A stretch of 64,000 nucleotides of DNA. It comes from Eledone cirrhosa (taxonomy: Eukaryota). The stretch lies in assembly GCA_964016885.1 (NCBI GenBank), contig OZ024761.1, positions 17,732,001 through 17,796,000 on the forward strand, written 5' to 3'. Position 1 is the first letter of the stretch. Each line of letters begins with the position of its first letter. Positions 52,708 to 64,000 of the stretch are shown here, piece after piece. Both the position numbers and the translations under genes were made by a program. Under the pieces are notes generated by a model. The model was not told the origin of the DNA, did not search any database, and saw only the letters and a program-made list of their open reading frames with translations.

Positions 52708-53734
52708 CTGAAGAGAAAACACGTTTAGAGATTCATTAACACATTTCATTAACATATTTCTAATAAAAGATACTGTCTATAATTTTGAAAATACTCAAGA
52801 ATTTAGAGGGATTTAGTAATATACTGTATTTAACCTCTTCAGTGCCATAGATGAGATAACTAATCCTAACATGTTTGCATTCCAGTGACACGGACGAGAT
52901 AACTCGTCCTAACATGTTTGAACTCGTTTCCAACAGTTCATAAGCTAGATGGGGTTACTAGTTTATTAATGAAACGTTTGTCAATCATTCAGGTATATGT
53001 TGTTGATAAATGTTTGTTTTTAAAAAAAGTCATTTTACTGAAAAAAAAAAAAAAAAACCCAGCACAGCAACTGTAGTTGTGTAAAATATACGCAGCAGTC
53101 AACAGGTTGAAGTTTGTGAAGGGTATAAAGTTTAAACATCGTATTTTTTTTATTATCATTTAACATTTTAATTTTAGTTGTAATATTTTAGTAGATTTTT
53201 AAAACATAAGGAAGTCATCAGCATCATCATCATCATCGTCTTCGTTTAACATCCATCTTGGGTTAGACAGGAGTTGTCCCACTTGAGGCAAGGTTGGTCG
53301 GGTGACCGTGTCTCGCTCATATAGGATTATCTGGCAGGTTTTCTACAGCTGGATGCCCTTCCTAACACCAACCACATTTACAGTGTGGACTGGGAACTTT
53401 TTACCGTGTTGAAAATAAATTTACTTTAGTCTCTACATCATATTTTTTTGTTGAAATATTTAGTACATTTTTAAAACAAAAGAAAATGGAAATAAATTTA
53501 TTTTATTCATCATGTTTACATTTGAGGAGATGTTTGTGATTTAATTTAAGGACCACTGCAGCACTAGAACTCCACTAGCCAGTAACCCAAACTGACCTAT
53601 GACCTTATAAGATGCAGGGTGATTTTCTGAGACATGTTTTGGAAAAGAAAGTACGTGTTATAAGTCGTCAAAGATGGTAATTAATTTCCTCATTATTAAG
53701 CTGGTGTTTAGAACATATGTTAAAGGTGGAAGTG

Positions 53735-54050
53735 GTGGTGCCATGACAAAAAAGCACCCAGTACACCCTGTAAAGCGGTAGTGCTGGTGCCAAGACAAAA
53801 AAGACCCAGTACACCCTGTAAAGCGGTAGTGCTGGTGCCAAGACAAAAAAGACCCAGTAGACCCTGTAAAGCGGTAGTGCTGGTGCCATGACAAAAAAGA
53901 ACCCCGTTCACCCTGTAAAGTGGTAGGTAGTGCTGTGCCATGATAGAGAAGCACCAACTCACCCTGTAAAGCGGTAGTGCTGGTGCTACAAAAAGAAGCA
54001 CCCAGTAAACCCTGTAATGTGGTTGCTGCTAAGAAAAGCATCCAGTCATA
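53735..54050 (+). repeat. 48-bp tandem repeat derived from the SINE 3' module
   Basis: GTGCTGGTGCCA.GACAAAAAAGACCCAGTACACCCTGTAAAGCGGTA at 53781, 53829 and 53877; cf. the SINE segment AAAAAGCACCCAGCACTCACTGTAAA at ~46534. Confidence 0.85.
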
Positions 54051-54289
54051 GAAAACAGAGGCTATGAGTAAGACATGGCCACCTGACATGTCTCGTCTCA
54101 CGACGTAACAATCCAGCAAACCTAAGCAAGAATAGAAAGTAGACATGTGATGATGATGATGATCATGCTGGCCACATGTTTATGAAAAACTGGTCAGTTA
54201 TACAGATGCAAGCTGCACCTCTGCATGATACCTATTCTGACCTAGGGTCAGCGAGCCATCCAAGAGAAAGTGTTGTAAAGTGTACTTAC

Positions 54290-54415
54290 AGCTTTGAGTG
54301 TGAGTGATAGTGTTAGCTTAGTGTCATCAGTGAGTGATTGGATGTGGACAAAACACTCTTGGTGACAGACAAATGTACAGTCCAGAAATACTTGTGGATA
54401 GAATATTATTGGTAT
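54290..54415 (-). CDS. CEP192: CEP192-like exon: IPIIFYPQVFLDCTFVCHQECFVHIQSLTDDTKLTLSLTLKA
   Basis: TCTTTCAG acceptor, GTAAGT donor, 126 bp, phase 0 to 0. The ASH-type I-x-F-x-P motif corresponds to VSITFLP. Confidence 0.82.
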
Positions 54416-54439
54416 CTGAAAGATAAACAGAGAGAGATA

Positions 54440-55020
54440 TTGACATTATCACTACTACCACCACCACAATTAACATTATCACCACCACAATTAACATTAT
54501 CACCACTACAATCATCATTATCATCACCACCACAATCATAATCAACATTATCACAACCACCCCCACCACCATCATAATCACATTATCAACATTATCACCA
54601 CCACCACCACCACCACCACAATCAACATTATCACCACCACCACCACAATCAACATTATCACCACCACCACCACAATCAACATCACCACCACCACAATCAA
54701 CATGATCACCACCACCATCACCACCACCACAATCACAGTCAACATTATCACCACCACAATCAACATGATCACCACCACCACCACCACCACCACAATCACA
54801 GTCAACATCACCACCACCACAATCAACATGATCACCACCACCATCACCACCACCACAATCACAGTCAACATTATCACCACCACAATCAACATCACCACCA
54901 CCACCACAATCAACATCACCACCACAATCAACATCACCACCACAATCAACATTATCCCCCCCCCCACCACCACCACAATCAACATTATCACCACCACCCT
55001 CACTATCATCATCACCACCA
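54440..55020. repeat. (ACC)n-based compound minisatellite
   Basis: Repeated (CAC)nAATCAACATTAT; source of the GGGDNVDC-repeat ORF. Confidence 0.92.
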
Positions 55021-55470
55021 TTTAACATTTGCTTATAGAGGAGATGATGAAGGAACATGACAAGTGGAGAGATGCAGTGTTGAAAAGGACCTGTCCAACC
55101 CAAGCAAGTGTGGAAAAACGGACATAAAAATGATGATGATTTCCCTGCTAGCAAAGGTTGGTTAAGTCATCAGCAGACTGGGTTGCTACCCAAAGCAGAG
55201 GGACTGAACTTACGGTGGGCCGGGAGCCTGCAAGTCACTTACAATTCTACAAACTGCTGAGTGTATTTTATCATGATCCCAGCACTAGGGAGGTTGTTGT
55301 CTTCAACTTGGTTGAAGGGTTCTCCTGACTCTTTGTTTGACAGGTTTTCTACAGTTGAATGCCCTTCCTATCAACAACCATTTACAGAGTGTACTGGGTG
55401 TTAAACGATGATGATAATGATGATATCCCTGACTACACAACAACAACAACACACCCCTAAAGTTACTTAC

Positions 55471-55560
55471 TTGATACGTCTGTCCAGCAAACAATGTCCC
55501 TGTCAATTCCAATGTTTTAAACATATCATAGGATGGCATCATAGTTTTCTTTCCTTGATT
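55471..55560 (-). CDS. CEP192: CEP192-like exon: NQGKKTMMPSYDMFKTLELTGTLFAGQTYQ
   Basis: TTTACAG acceptor, GTAAGT donor, 90 bp, phase 0 to 0. Cf. DVFRATYAAFRCSPISGLLESHGIQK (recalled). Confidence 0.83.
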
Positions 55561-55579
55561 CTGTAAATATATAATAATA

Positions 55580-56140
55580 ATGGTTTCTGATTTAGGCACA
55601 AGGCCAACATATTTTTTGGGGGTGGAGGGGAAATTTGATTAAATTGACCCCAGTGCATTATTGGTATGTTATTTTATCGACCCTGAAAAGCAAAACTAAT
55701 CCCAGAAATAATAATTGATTCTAATTTTGGCACAAGGCCAGCAATTACCCAGTGCATTACTGGTACTTTATTTTATCGACCCCGTAAGGATGAAAGGCAA
55801 CGTTAACCTTGGCGGGATTTGAACACAGAATGGAAAGGGCCGTAACTCTATGCGTCAAAGCATGGCGTCCAACCCTCTACCGGTACTGCCAATTCACCGC
55901 CTTTTCCCAGGAATAATAATAATGATGGGTTCTGATGTAAGCACAAGGCCGGCAATTTTGGAGAGAGGGGAAGTTGATTAAATCGATCCCAGAGAATTAT
56001 TGGCACTTTATTTTATCAACCCATAATGTTGAAAGCTAACCTCGGTGAAATTTGAACTCAGAACGTAAAGGGCCATAACTCTATGCTGCAAAGCATGGTG
56101 TCTGATGCTCTACAGATAATGCCAATCCACAGCCTTAATA
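55580..56140 (-). mobile_element. Cluster of three head-to-tail copies (some partial) of the 47345 SINE family
   Basis: GCACAAGGCC...TTATTTTATC.ACCC...TTTGAAC blocks start at ~55583, 55716 and 55928. Confidence 0.8.
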
Positions 56141-56264
56141 ATGTTAATAATAGCACCCTCAATGCTACAGAAACAAAACAAAAAAAAAAACAACACTGCA
56201 CATACCCAAGGCACATAAAGCTGTGCTCAATAATGCAGTGACAGCACACAGTGAAACATAAAAT

Positions 56265-56430
56265 ATGATGGTGATGATGATGGTAGTGATGATGGTGGTA
56301 GTGATGATGATGGTAGTGATGATGATGGTGGTGGTGGTGATGGTGGTGTTGATAGTAGTGATGGTGATGGTGGTGATGATGGTAGTGATGATGATGGTGG
56401 TGGTGGTGGTGGTGGTGATGATGATGACAA
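56265..56430. repeat. (TGA/TGG)n trinucleotide microsatellite
   Basis: Seen directly; produces the poly-His ORF artefact. Confidence 0.95.
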
Positions 56431-56664
56431 TGACAATAACAATAGTTGTTTCTAAAATAGGCACAAGGCCAGCAATTTGATGGAGGGGGGGGGGGGGGGG
56501 GGCAGTTTGTTAGATCAGTGCTAATGTTAGAAAGAATTATCATAATTCAATTTTGTCATAAAGACTTCAATGATCCCCCAGTACATAACTGGTTACATGT
56601 TTTATGAGTATGAGATATATTCAACAGAAAAACAAAACAAAAAACAAGACAAAGAAAATCTTAC

Positions 56665-56750
56665 ATTTGAAAAATAAGGAAATGCTGCTTGGTTATCCAG
56701 AGTCCATCTGACCACTAGCGGACTGTGGTTGGTCAGTTCTATATAATTAC
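56665..56750 (-). CDS. CEP192: CEP192-like exon: (C)NYIELTNHSPLVVRWTLDNQAAFPYFSN
   Basis: GTTGTAG acceptor, GTAAGA donor, 86 bp, phase 1 to 0. Close to the recalled CEP192 segment CLELENHGTTDVKWHLSSLAPPYV. Confidence 0.88.
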
Positions 56751-56792
56751 CTACAACACAGAATATACATACATATTTATAAAGGGAATTGC

Positions 56793-56824
<32 letters not shown>

Positions 56825-56973
56825 ATATATGTATGTGTATACATATATATATATAGAGAGAGAGATATATATATAGAGAGATATATATATATATATATAT
56901 ACACACACATATTTATAAAGGGAATTGCATGATGATGATGATGATGATATATGTGTGTGTGTGTATATATATG

Positions 56974-57027
<54 letters not shown>

Positions 57028-57112
57028 TATTTATAAAGGGATATACATATATATACACACACATTTTTAAAAGGATTTACATATACATACACACAATTTA
57101 TAATGGAGATTT

Positions 57113-57143
<31 letters not shown>

Positions 57144-57239
57144 GGAACGATCGACTTTCGTCAAATCGGACCGAGGGAACAATGTTTCCGTTGGTCTTTC
57201 CAATTGCTAATACTATCTATCGGTCGCAACTCCAGGTAG

Positions 57240-57360
57240 AAGGAGCAACGTGAAATAAAGTGTCTTGCCCAAGGACATAACGCATCGCCTGGTCCAGGAA
57301 TCGAACTCACAACCTTACGATTGCGAATCCAATTCTCTAACCACTCAGCCACACGCCTTC
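57240..57360 (-). mobile_element. tRNA-derived SINE head (46334 family)
   Basis: Minus strand GGCGTGTGGCTGAGTGGTTAGAG...GAGTTCGATTCC...CCTTGGGCAAGACACTTTATTTCACGTTGCTCC. Confidence 0.82.
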
Positions 57361-57799
57361 ATATATATATATATAATAATAATAATAATAATGAAATTAT
57401 TGTGTAAAGTGCTCAGGTGCACTACAACTCGTCAAAGGTGTATGTATAGTACATAGAATAATACACAAATGTCAGGGAAGTACATGTGTGTATGTGTTAG
57501 CTGTAGTGTTGGCGGATCTCGGGAAGCATGGAGGCCTTAAAGGATGCAGTGTCTCGACAGCTAACAACTGATGCAGGTAGTTTGTTCCATGCTTCAGATA
57601 TACATACTCACATATTTATAGAGATTTACATACACATTCACTCACAGTACACAGTGTGTACACACACACATTTACAGAAGGATTTATAAAAACATACACA
57701 GTACACACACACAGTATATGCACAGCAAGATACATACACATACATACCGAGGGATTTACATATAGATCGTCCCGCCCTTGCAAGCAGGGAAGAGCGGAC

Positions 57800-57833
<34 letters not shown>

Positions 57834-57849
57834 ACATTTCACAATACAC

Positions 57850-58550
57850 AACACACACATGAGACTACATACAAACATATATACACACATGAGACTACGT
57901 ACAAACATATATACACACATCAGACTACGTACAAACATATATACACACATCAGCCTACGTACAAACATACATACACACATGAGACTACGTACAAACATAT
58001 ATACACACATGAGACTACATACAAACATATATACACACATGAGACTACGTACAAACATATATACACACATCAGCCTACGTACAAACATATATACACACGA
58101 GACTACATACAAACATATATACACACACGAGACTACATACAAACATATATACACACATGAGACTACATACAAACATATATACACACATGAGACTACATAC
58201 AAACATATATACACACATGAGACTACATACAAACATATATACACACACGAGACTACATACAAACATATATACACACATGAGACTACGTACAAACATATAT
58301 ACACACATGAGACTACATACAAACATATATACACACATGAGACTACGTACAAACATATGTACACACATGAGACTACATACAAACATATATACACACATGA
58401 GACTACATACAAACATATATACACACATGAGACTACATACAAACATATATACACACATGAGACTACATACAAACATATATACACACATGAGACTACATAC
58501 AAACATATATACACACATCAGACTACGTACAAACATATGTACACACATGA
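57850..58550. repeat. 30-bp minisatellite, about 23 copies
   Basis: ACACACATGAGACTAC(A/G)TACAAACATATAT repeated in tandem. Confidence 0.97.
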
Positions 58551-58559
58551 GAGTACATC

Positions 58560-59320
58560 TGCACACATACACAGAGATAAGGGCACGTACACACATATAT
58601 ATATAGTGACAAGGGTGTGTACGTACACACATATATACAGATATAAGGGTACGTACACACACACACACATAGAGATAAGGTATGTACACACACACACATA
58701 CAGAGATAAGGGTATGTACACACACACATACAGAGATAAGGGTACATACGTACACACACATACAGAGATAGGGGTACATATGGACACACATACAGAGATA
58801 GGGGAATGTACACACACACATACAGAGATAAGGGATGTACACACACACATACAGAGATAAGGGTGTGTACACACACACATACAGAGATAAGGGTGTGTAC
58901 ACACACACACATATAAGGGTACTTGCACACATAGAGATAAGTGTACACACACACATACAGAGATAAGGATACGTACACACACACACACACACATACAGAG
59001 ATAAGTGTACACACACACACACACACACAGATAAGAGTGTGTACATACACACATACAGAGATAAGGGTACGTACACACACACATACAGGGATAAGGGTAC
59101 TTACACACACACATACAGAGATAAGGGTACTTGCACACACAGAGATAAGGGTGTGTACACACACACAGAGATTAGGGTATGTACACACACATATAGAGAT
59201 AAGGTTACATGCACACGCACACAGAGACAAGGGTACTCACACACATAGAGATAGGAGTATGTACACACACACATACAGAGATAAGGGTTCATACACACAC
59301 ACAGAGACAAGGGTACTTAC
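58560..59320. repeat. ~30-bp minisatellite homologous to the adjacent splice donor
   Basis: Repeated (AC)nATACAGAGATAAGGGT..; the last unit is the real donor (GAGACAAGGGTACTTAC). Confidence 0.9.
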
Positions 59321-59774
59321 AGGCCAGTTTGGAACTCTCCTCTAAATGAAATACAATTGTAGTCTCCGTGATAGAAACATTAATTGGACATGTGACACCT
59401 CCATCTTTGTTCACTGACAGATTGTCATGGTGATGAGATGACTCTGATTCTGTACCAACTTCAATGTTAGACTGATGGTCATTCTGGTGGATGATGGCTG
59501 GACTGGCAGAACTGCTGGTCTTGGAATGTTCGGACACATTGATGTTGTTGGAGTTGGGGTATTTGTCCTTCAGCTTGTTCGAATTGACAAAGTTGGTGGG
59601 CGTGGGTCGGTTGGCAAAAAGATTGGTCGTGCTGAAAGAACTGGCAGACAGGGCCTGTTGTTTGACCAGCACTGAACCTGCTCGTTCATCTGGAACATTG
59701 AGAGTCAATGGCTGCAAAGGTGGTCTATGAGGGCTCGTTTCAGTATTGAGAGGGCTTGGTATGATGTGAAGTTG
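59321..59774 (-). CDS. CEP192: CEP192-like exon: QLHIIPSPLNTETSPHRPPLQPL...PINVSITETTIVFHLEESSKLA (Ser/Asn-rich linker and start of the next ASH domain)
   Basis: CTATTTCAG acceptor, GTAAGT donor, 454 bp open, phase 0 to 1. Lies within ORF 59289..59930(-). Confidence 0.87.
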
Positions 59775-60068
59775 CTGAAATAGGGATTGTTGAAAGAAAA
59801 GGAAGATGTTAAACAATGCTGGTGATGATGATGGTGATAGTGGTGATGATGGTGGTGGTGATGATGATAGTGGTGATGATGGTGGTGATAATGATGATGG
59901 CAATGATGATGATAGTAGCCAGTAACCCAAACTGACTTGACATACGATGAAGGGCGATTTTCTGGGACATTTTTTCTATAAAAAAAAAGAGGGGGGGGGG
60001 GGGGGGGAAGCAATCAAATATGGTAATTAGAACTGCAAACACCATCAACAACGACAACAACAACTTAC

Positions 60069-60156
60069 CGAAACTTCAACTCCTGTAGTTACATAGATGT
60101 ATATTCCTTCAGCTGATGGGATTTCAATAAAGTAGACGAGAACCTCCTCCACACCA
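60069..60156 (-). CDS. CEP192: CEP192-like exon: (H)GVEEVLVYFIEIPSAEGIYIYVTTGVEVS
   Basis: ATTCCAG acceptor, GTAAGT donor, 88 bp, phase 2 to 0; the only open frame. Confidence 0.8.
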
Positions 60157-61179
60157 CTGGAATATATAAATTAATTAATTAACTAATTAATCAATCAATC
60201 AATCAAATCAAATCAATAGACAGGTAGACATTTCCACTTTCTAGCTTCAACTTGAAGAAATTCTACGTAAGTGCCATGGGTAGCCCAGATTTTAGAATAG
60301 TTGCAAAGTATCCCTGCCTGACATTGGAAGCAACTAAAAGGGTTGGTGTCAAGGAAGGTCATCTAATTGTAAAACCTTTCTCAAACAATTCCCATCCAAA
60401 TCCATGCTAGCCAGCAGAGAAAAGTGGATGTAATTATCATCGTTTAACGTTTATTTAGATGGCTTGTGACGTTATTAGACACGTCAGGTCAGGTGATTCA
60501 CACCTTGCTCATCGGATCTATATTTTGGTTTGGGGGTGCCCTTCCTAATGCCAACCACATTACTGTGTAGGCAGGGTGGTTTTTTTGTCGTGGCACCAAA
60601 ACAACCATAAAATATATAGCTATAAAAGTTTAAAAGTTTAAATAACACCAAGAATTTAATGCATTTTTAAACTGACAGCCATTTCTACCTTACAGAGCCA
60701 CTTAGTGACTTATATAACTTCTGATTTGTAATTCGACACAGGTGTCGTCGGAATTTATTAAAACGCTTAATAGTAATTCACACAGAATAACATGTTGGAC
60801 CTATGATATCATCATCATCATTTTTTTACGTCCGCTTTTCCTTGCTTGCAAAGGTGGGACGGGTCCTATTCAACACAGCATCTCCCCATTTGTCACAGTT
60901 CTTCGTCATCTCCCCTGTGAGCATCAGCGATCTGAGGTCAGCTCTCACCACCACCTCCGCCCATGATTTTCGTGGTCTAATATTAAATACAACAAAGGCC
61001 ATATGTAGTTGAAAGTTTATTTCTATATCCATGATATATATTTTTCGCTGAGGTCAACAACAAGACAGTCCTATTCCTACCCAATCTTTCAGCCCGACCT
61101 TTTCAGATGCTAGAAAATATTTAAACAAAAGCTTCAAACAAGTTCAAAGTTTTTTATAATACGAAGGGCTAGCGATTAA

Positions 61180-61406
61180 CCCTTTAGCATTTACATTACT
61201 ATATATATATATATACTATTGTATTGTTGCAGTAAAGACTTTACCTCGCATAATTATCTCACAAAATATTGAATCGATGAGATTTTGATGTTATTTATTT
61301 TGAGAACAATACTTTAACGTCAGTATGAGTGGCCGATTACAGTCAGTTTGAACAGAAAGAGATGAGAGAATTCTGGCCAGATACGGCCAGTTTAAATGTT
61401 AAAGGG
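61180..61406. mobile_element. piggyBac-type non-autonomous element (MITE)
   Basis: TTAA duplication at 61176-61179 and 61407-61410. TIRs CCCTTTAGCATTTA / TAAATGTTAAAGGG (13/14). A related partial copy lies at ~46978-47091. Confidence 0.8.
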
Positions 61407-61629
61407 TTAATGTTGGTTCTAGACGAGCCAGCCACAGTATGTACATATAGAGAGAAAGGGAGAGAAAGAGAAAAGTGTGTGTGTGTGTGTAAATGTAGTT
61501 AATGTTAGGAAAGACACCCAGCTGTAAAATCCCTGACCAAATTTACAGTCATGCCAGAGCAAGGTACAGAGGGGCCAATTCTGGCAAGACTTGTCTCCCG
61601 ATGTGGACGATCAACGGTGATGATGATGA

Positions 61630-63400
61630 TGTGTATGAATATATATAGGCTGTGTGTCTGTGTATATGCTGTCTGTGTGTGTATATGCAGTGTGTGTGTG
61701 TGTATATATGCTGTGTGTGTATATATGCTGTGTATGTATGTATATATGCAGTGTGTGCGTGTGTATGTATAAATGATGTGTGTGTATGTATATATGATGT
61801 GTGTGTGTATGTATATATGCAGTGTGTGCATGTGTATGTATATATGATGTGTGTGTATGTATATATGCTGTGTGTGTGTATGTATATATGCAGTGTGTGC
61901 ATGTGTATGTATATATGATGTGTGTGTATGTATATATGATGTGTGTGTATGTATATATGCTGTGTGTGTGTATGTATATATGCTGTATGTGTGTATATGT
62001 ATGTAAATATGCTGTGTGCGTGCGTGTGTGTGTGTATATATGCTGCTTGTGTGTGTGTGTGCATGTGTATGTGCGTGTGTATGTATATATGTTGTGTGTG
62101 CGTGTGTATATATGCTGCTTGTGTGTGAATGTATATATGCTGCTTGTGTGTGCGTGTGTATATATGTTGCGTGTGTATATATGCTGCTTGTGTGTGAATG
62201 TATATATGCTGCTTGTGTGTGCGTGTGTATGTATATATGATGGGTGTGCGTGTGTATATATGCTGTGTGTATGTATATATGCTGCTTGTGTGTGAATGTA
62301 TATATGCTGCTTGTGTGTGCGTGTGTATATATGCTGCTTGTGTGTGAATGTATATATGCTGCTTGTGTGTGCGTGTGTATGTATGTTGCGTGTGTATATA
62401 TGCTGCTTGTGTGTGAATGTATATATGCTGCTTGTGTGTGCGTGTGTATATATGCTGCTTGTGTGTGAATGTATATATGCTGCTTGTGTGTGCGTGTGTA
62501 TGTATATATGATGGGTGTGCGTGTGTATATATGCTGTGTGTATGTATATATGCTGCTTGTGTGTGAATGTATATATGCTGCTTGTGTGTGTATGTATATA
62601 TGCTGTGTGTGTATGTATATATGCTGCTTGTGTATGTATATATGTTACTTGTGTGTGTATGTATATATGCTGTGTGTGTATGTATATATGCTGCTTGTGT
62701 ATGTATATATGTTACTTGTGTGTGAATGTATATATGCTGCTTGTGTGTATGTATATATGCTGCTTGTGTATGTATATATGTTACTTGTGTGTGAATGTAT
62801 ATATGCTGTGTGTGCGTGTGTATATATACTGCTTGTGTGTGTATGTATATATGCTACTTGTGTGTGTGTGTATATATGCTGTGTGTGTATGTATATATGC
62901 TGCTTGTGTGTGTATGTATATATGCTGTGTGTGTATGTATATATGCTGTGTGTGTATGTATATATGCTGCTTGTGTGTGTATGCATATATGTTACTTGTG
63001 TGTGAATGTATATATGCTGTGTGTGCGTGTGTATATATACTGCTTCTGTGTGTATGTATATATGCTGTGTGTGTATGTATATATGCTGCTTGTGTATGTA
63101 TATATGCTGCTTGTGTGTGTATGCATATATGTTACTTGTGTGTGAATGTATATATGCTGTGTGTGCGTGTGTATATATACTGCTTCTGTGTGTATGTATA
63201 TATGCTGTGTGTGTATGTATATATGCTGCTTGTGTGTGTATGTATATATGCTGCTTGTGTGTATGTATATATGCTGCTTGTGTGTGTATATATGTTACTT
63301 GTGTGTGAATGTATATATGCTGTGTGTGCGTGTGTATATATACTGCTTGTGTGTGTATGTATATATGCTACTTGTGTGTGTGTGTGTGTATATATGCCAT
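61630..63400. repeat. (TG)/(TA)-based minisatellite, ~1.8 kb
   Basis: Variable unit TGTATATATGCTGCT(TG)n. Confidence 0.96.
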
Positions 63401-63430
63401 GTATATGATAATAGTTAAAGCAACACTTAC

Positions 63431-63496
63431 TGAGGTCCAACATCAATCTGTTTCTTGCTGACATTCAACTTATCAGTCGGCCAATTCAGTTGAAAC
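63431..63496 (-). CDS. CEP192: CEP192-like exon (most 5' in the window): FQLNWPTDKLNVSKKQIDVGP(H)
   Basis: GAGCAG acceptor, GTAAGT donor, 66 bp, phase 2 to 2. Cf. recalled FELCWPAHCLTVTPQHGCVAP. The gene continues beyond the right edge. Confidence 0.83.
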
Positions 63497-63924
63497 CTGC
63501 TCCAAATAAAAACATCCATATTATAAGATTTCTGTTGACTGGAGAGGAGTCTAATTTGGTTTACAGGGAAAGTGTGTGGGGGAGGGGGTTATGATTTGGT
63601 TTATAGCAGGGAAAAGCGGATGTAAAATGATGATGATGATGATGATGATGATTCAGACATGTATTGTACAAGTTACGACATTTGTTTAATAAATATAGCC
63701 TTTTGAAATATATTCAAAATGTTAAGAAAGCCAGAGATAGGAAATTTTTATTTAGAAATATAGTCATTTTGATACACCCTGTATAATTTGGTTTATGGGG
63801 AGAGACAGGTAAGATTCCGATTTGGTTTATGGGGCGGTAAAGTTGGCTTACAATTTGGAAAGATAGACATGGAGTGAGATAGAGAGAAATAGATTGGGGG
63901 GGGGGGGGGGGGGGGCAGAGATTT

Positions 63925-64000
63925 AACCCTAGTGGTAAGGGTGTTGGACTTACGATCGTAATGTCATGGGTTCGATTCCTGGGTTGGGTTGAGCAACAAG
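63925..64000 (+). mobile_element. tRNA-derived SINE head, cut by the window edge
   Basis: TAGTGGTAAGGGTGTTGGACTTACGATCG...GGGTTCGATTCC (A and B boxes). Confidence 0.6.

Noticed and set aside
52829-53110. Possible second piggyBac-like element with a duplicated GACGAGATAACTCGTC block
   Set aside because: The right TIR and TTAA duplication are too degenerate to call.
54327-55154. 275-aa Gly/Asp/Cys-repeat ORF resembling a structural protein
   Set aside because: It is an (ACC)n-based intronic minisatellite, has a non-ATG start and overlaps the real exon 54290-54415 in a different frame.
57280-57360. tRNA gene candidates (also 46334 and 63925)
   Set aside because: A and B boxes run into SINE body sequence and lack a proper acceptor stem.

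Overview
AT-rich, microsatellite- and SINE-dense animal genomic DNA; the repeat content points to an octopod cephalopod (inference). There are two domains. (1) 1-~45,075 is a head-to-tail array of a ~6.17-kb unit: 7 full copies plus a partial 8th, probably continuing left of the window. I recognise no protein gene or standard RNA gene in it. Each unit has an old internal duplication, two weak Pol II-like gene signatures, and a ~2-kb nested inverted-repeat structure in which diverged outer arms enclose a ~380-bp near-perfect palindrome. The array ends at a junction carrying a unique 13-bp hairpin. (2) ~45,075-64,000 holds the last 10 coding exons of a minus-strand CEP192/SPD-2-like gene, reconstructed by hand with all introns GT-AG and all phases compatible. 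Its introns contain tRNA-derived SINEs, MITEs and minisatellites, two of which are amplified copies of the gene's own splice sites. Nearly all ORFs in the supplied track are microsatellite artefacts. No database searches were run; family names come from recalled motifs.
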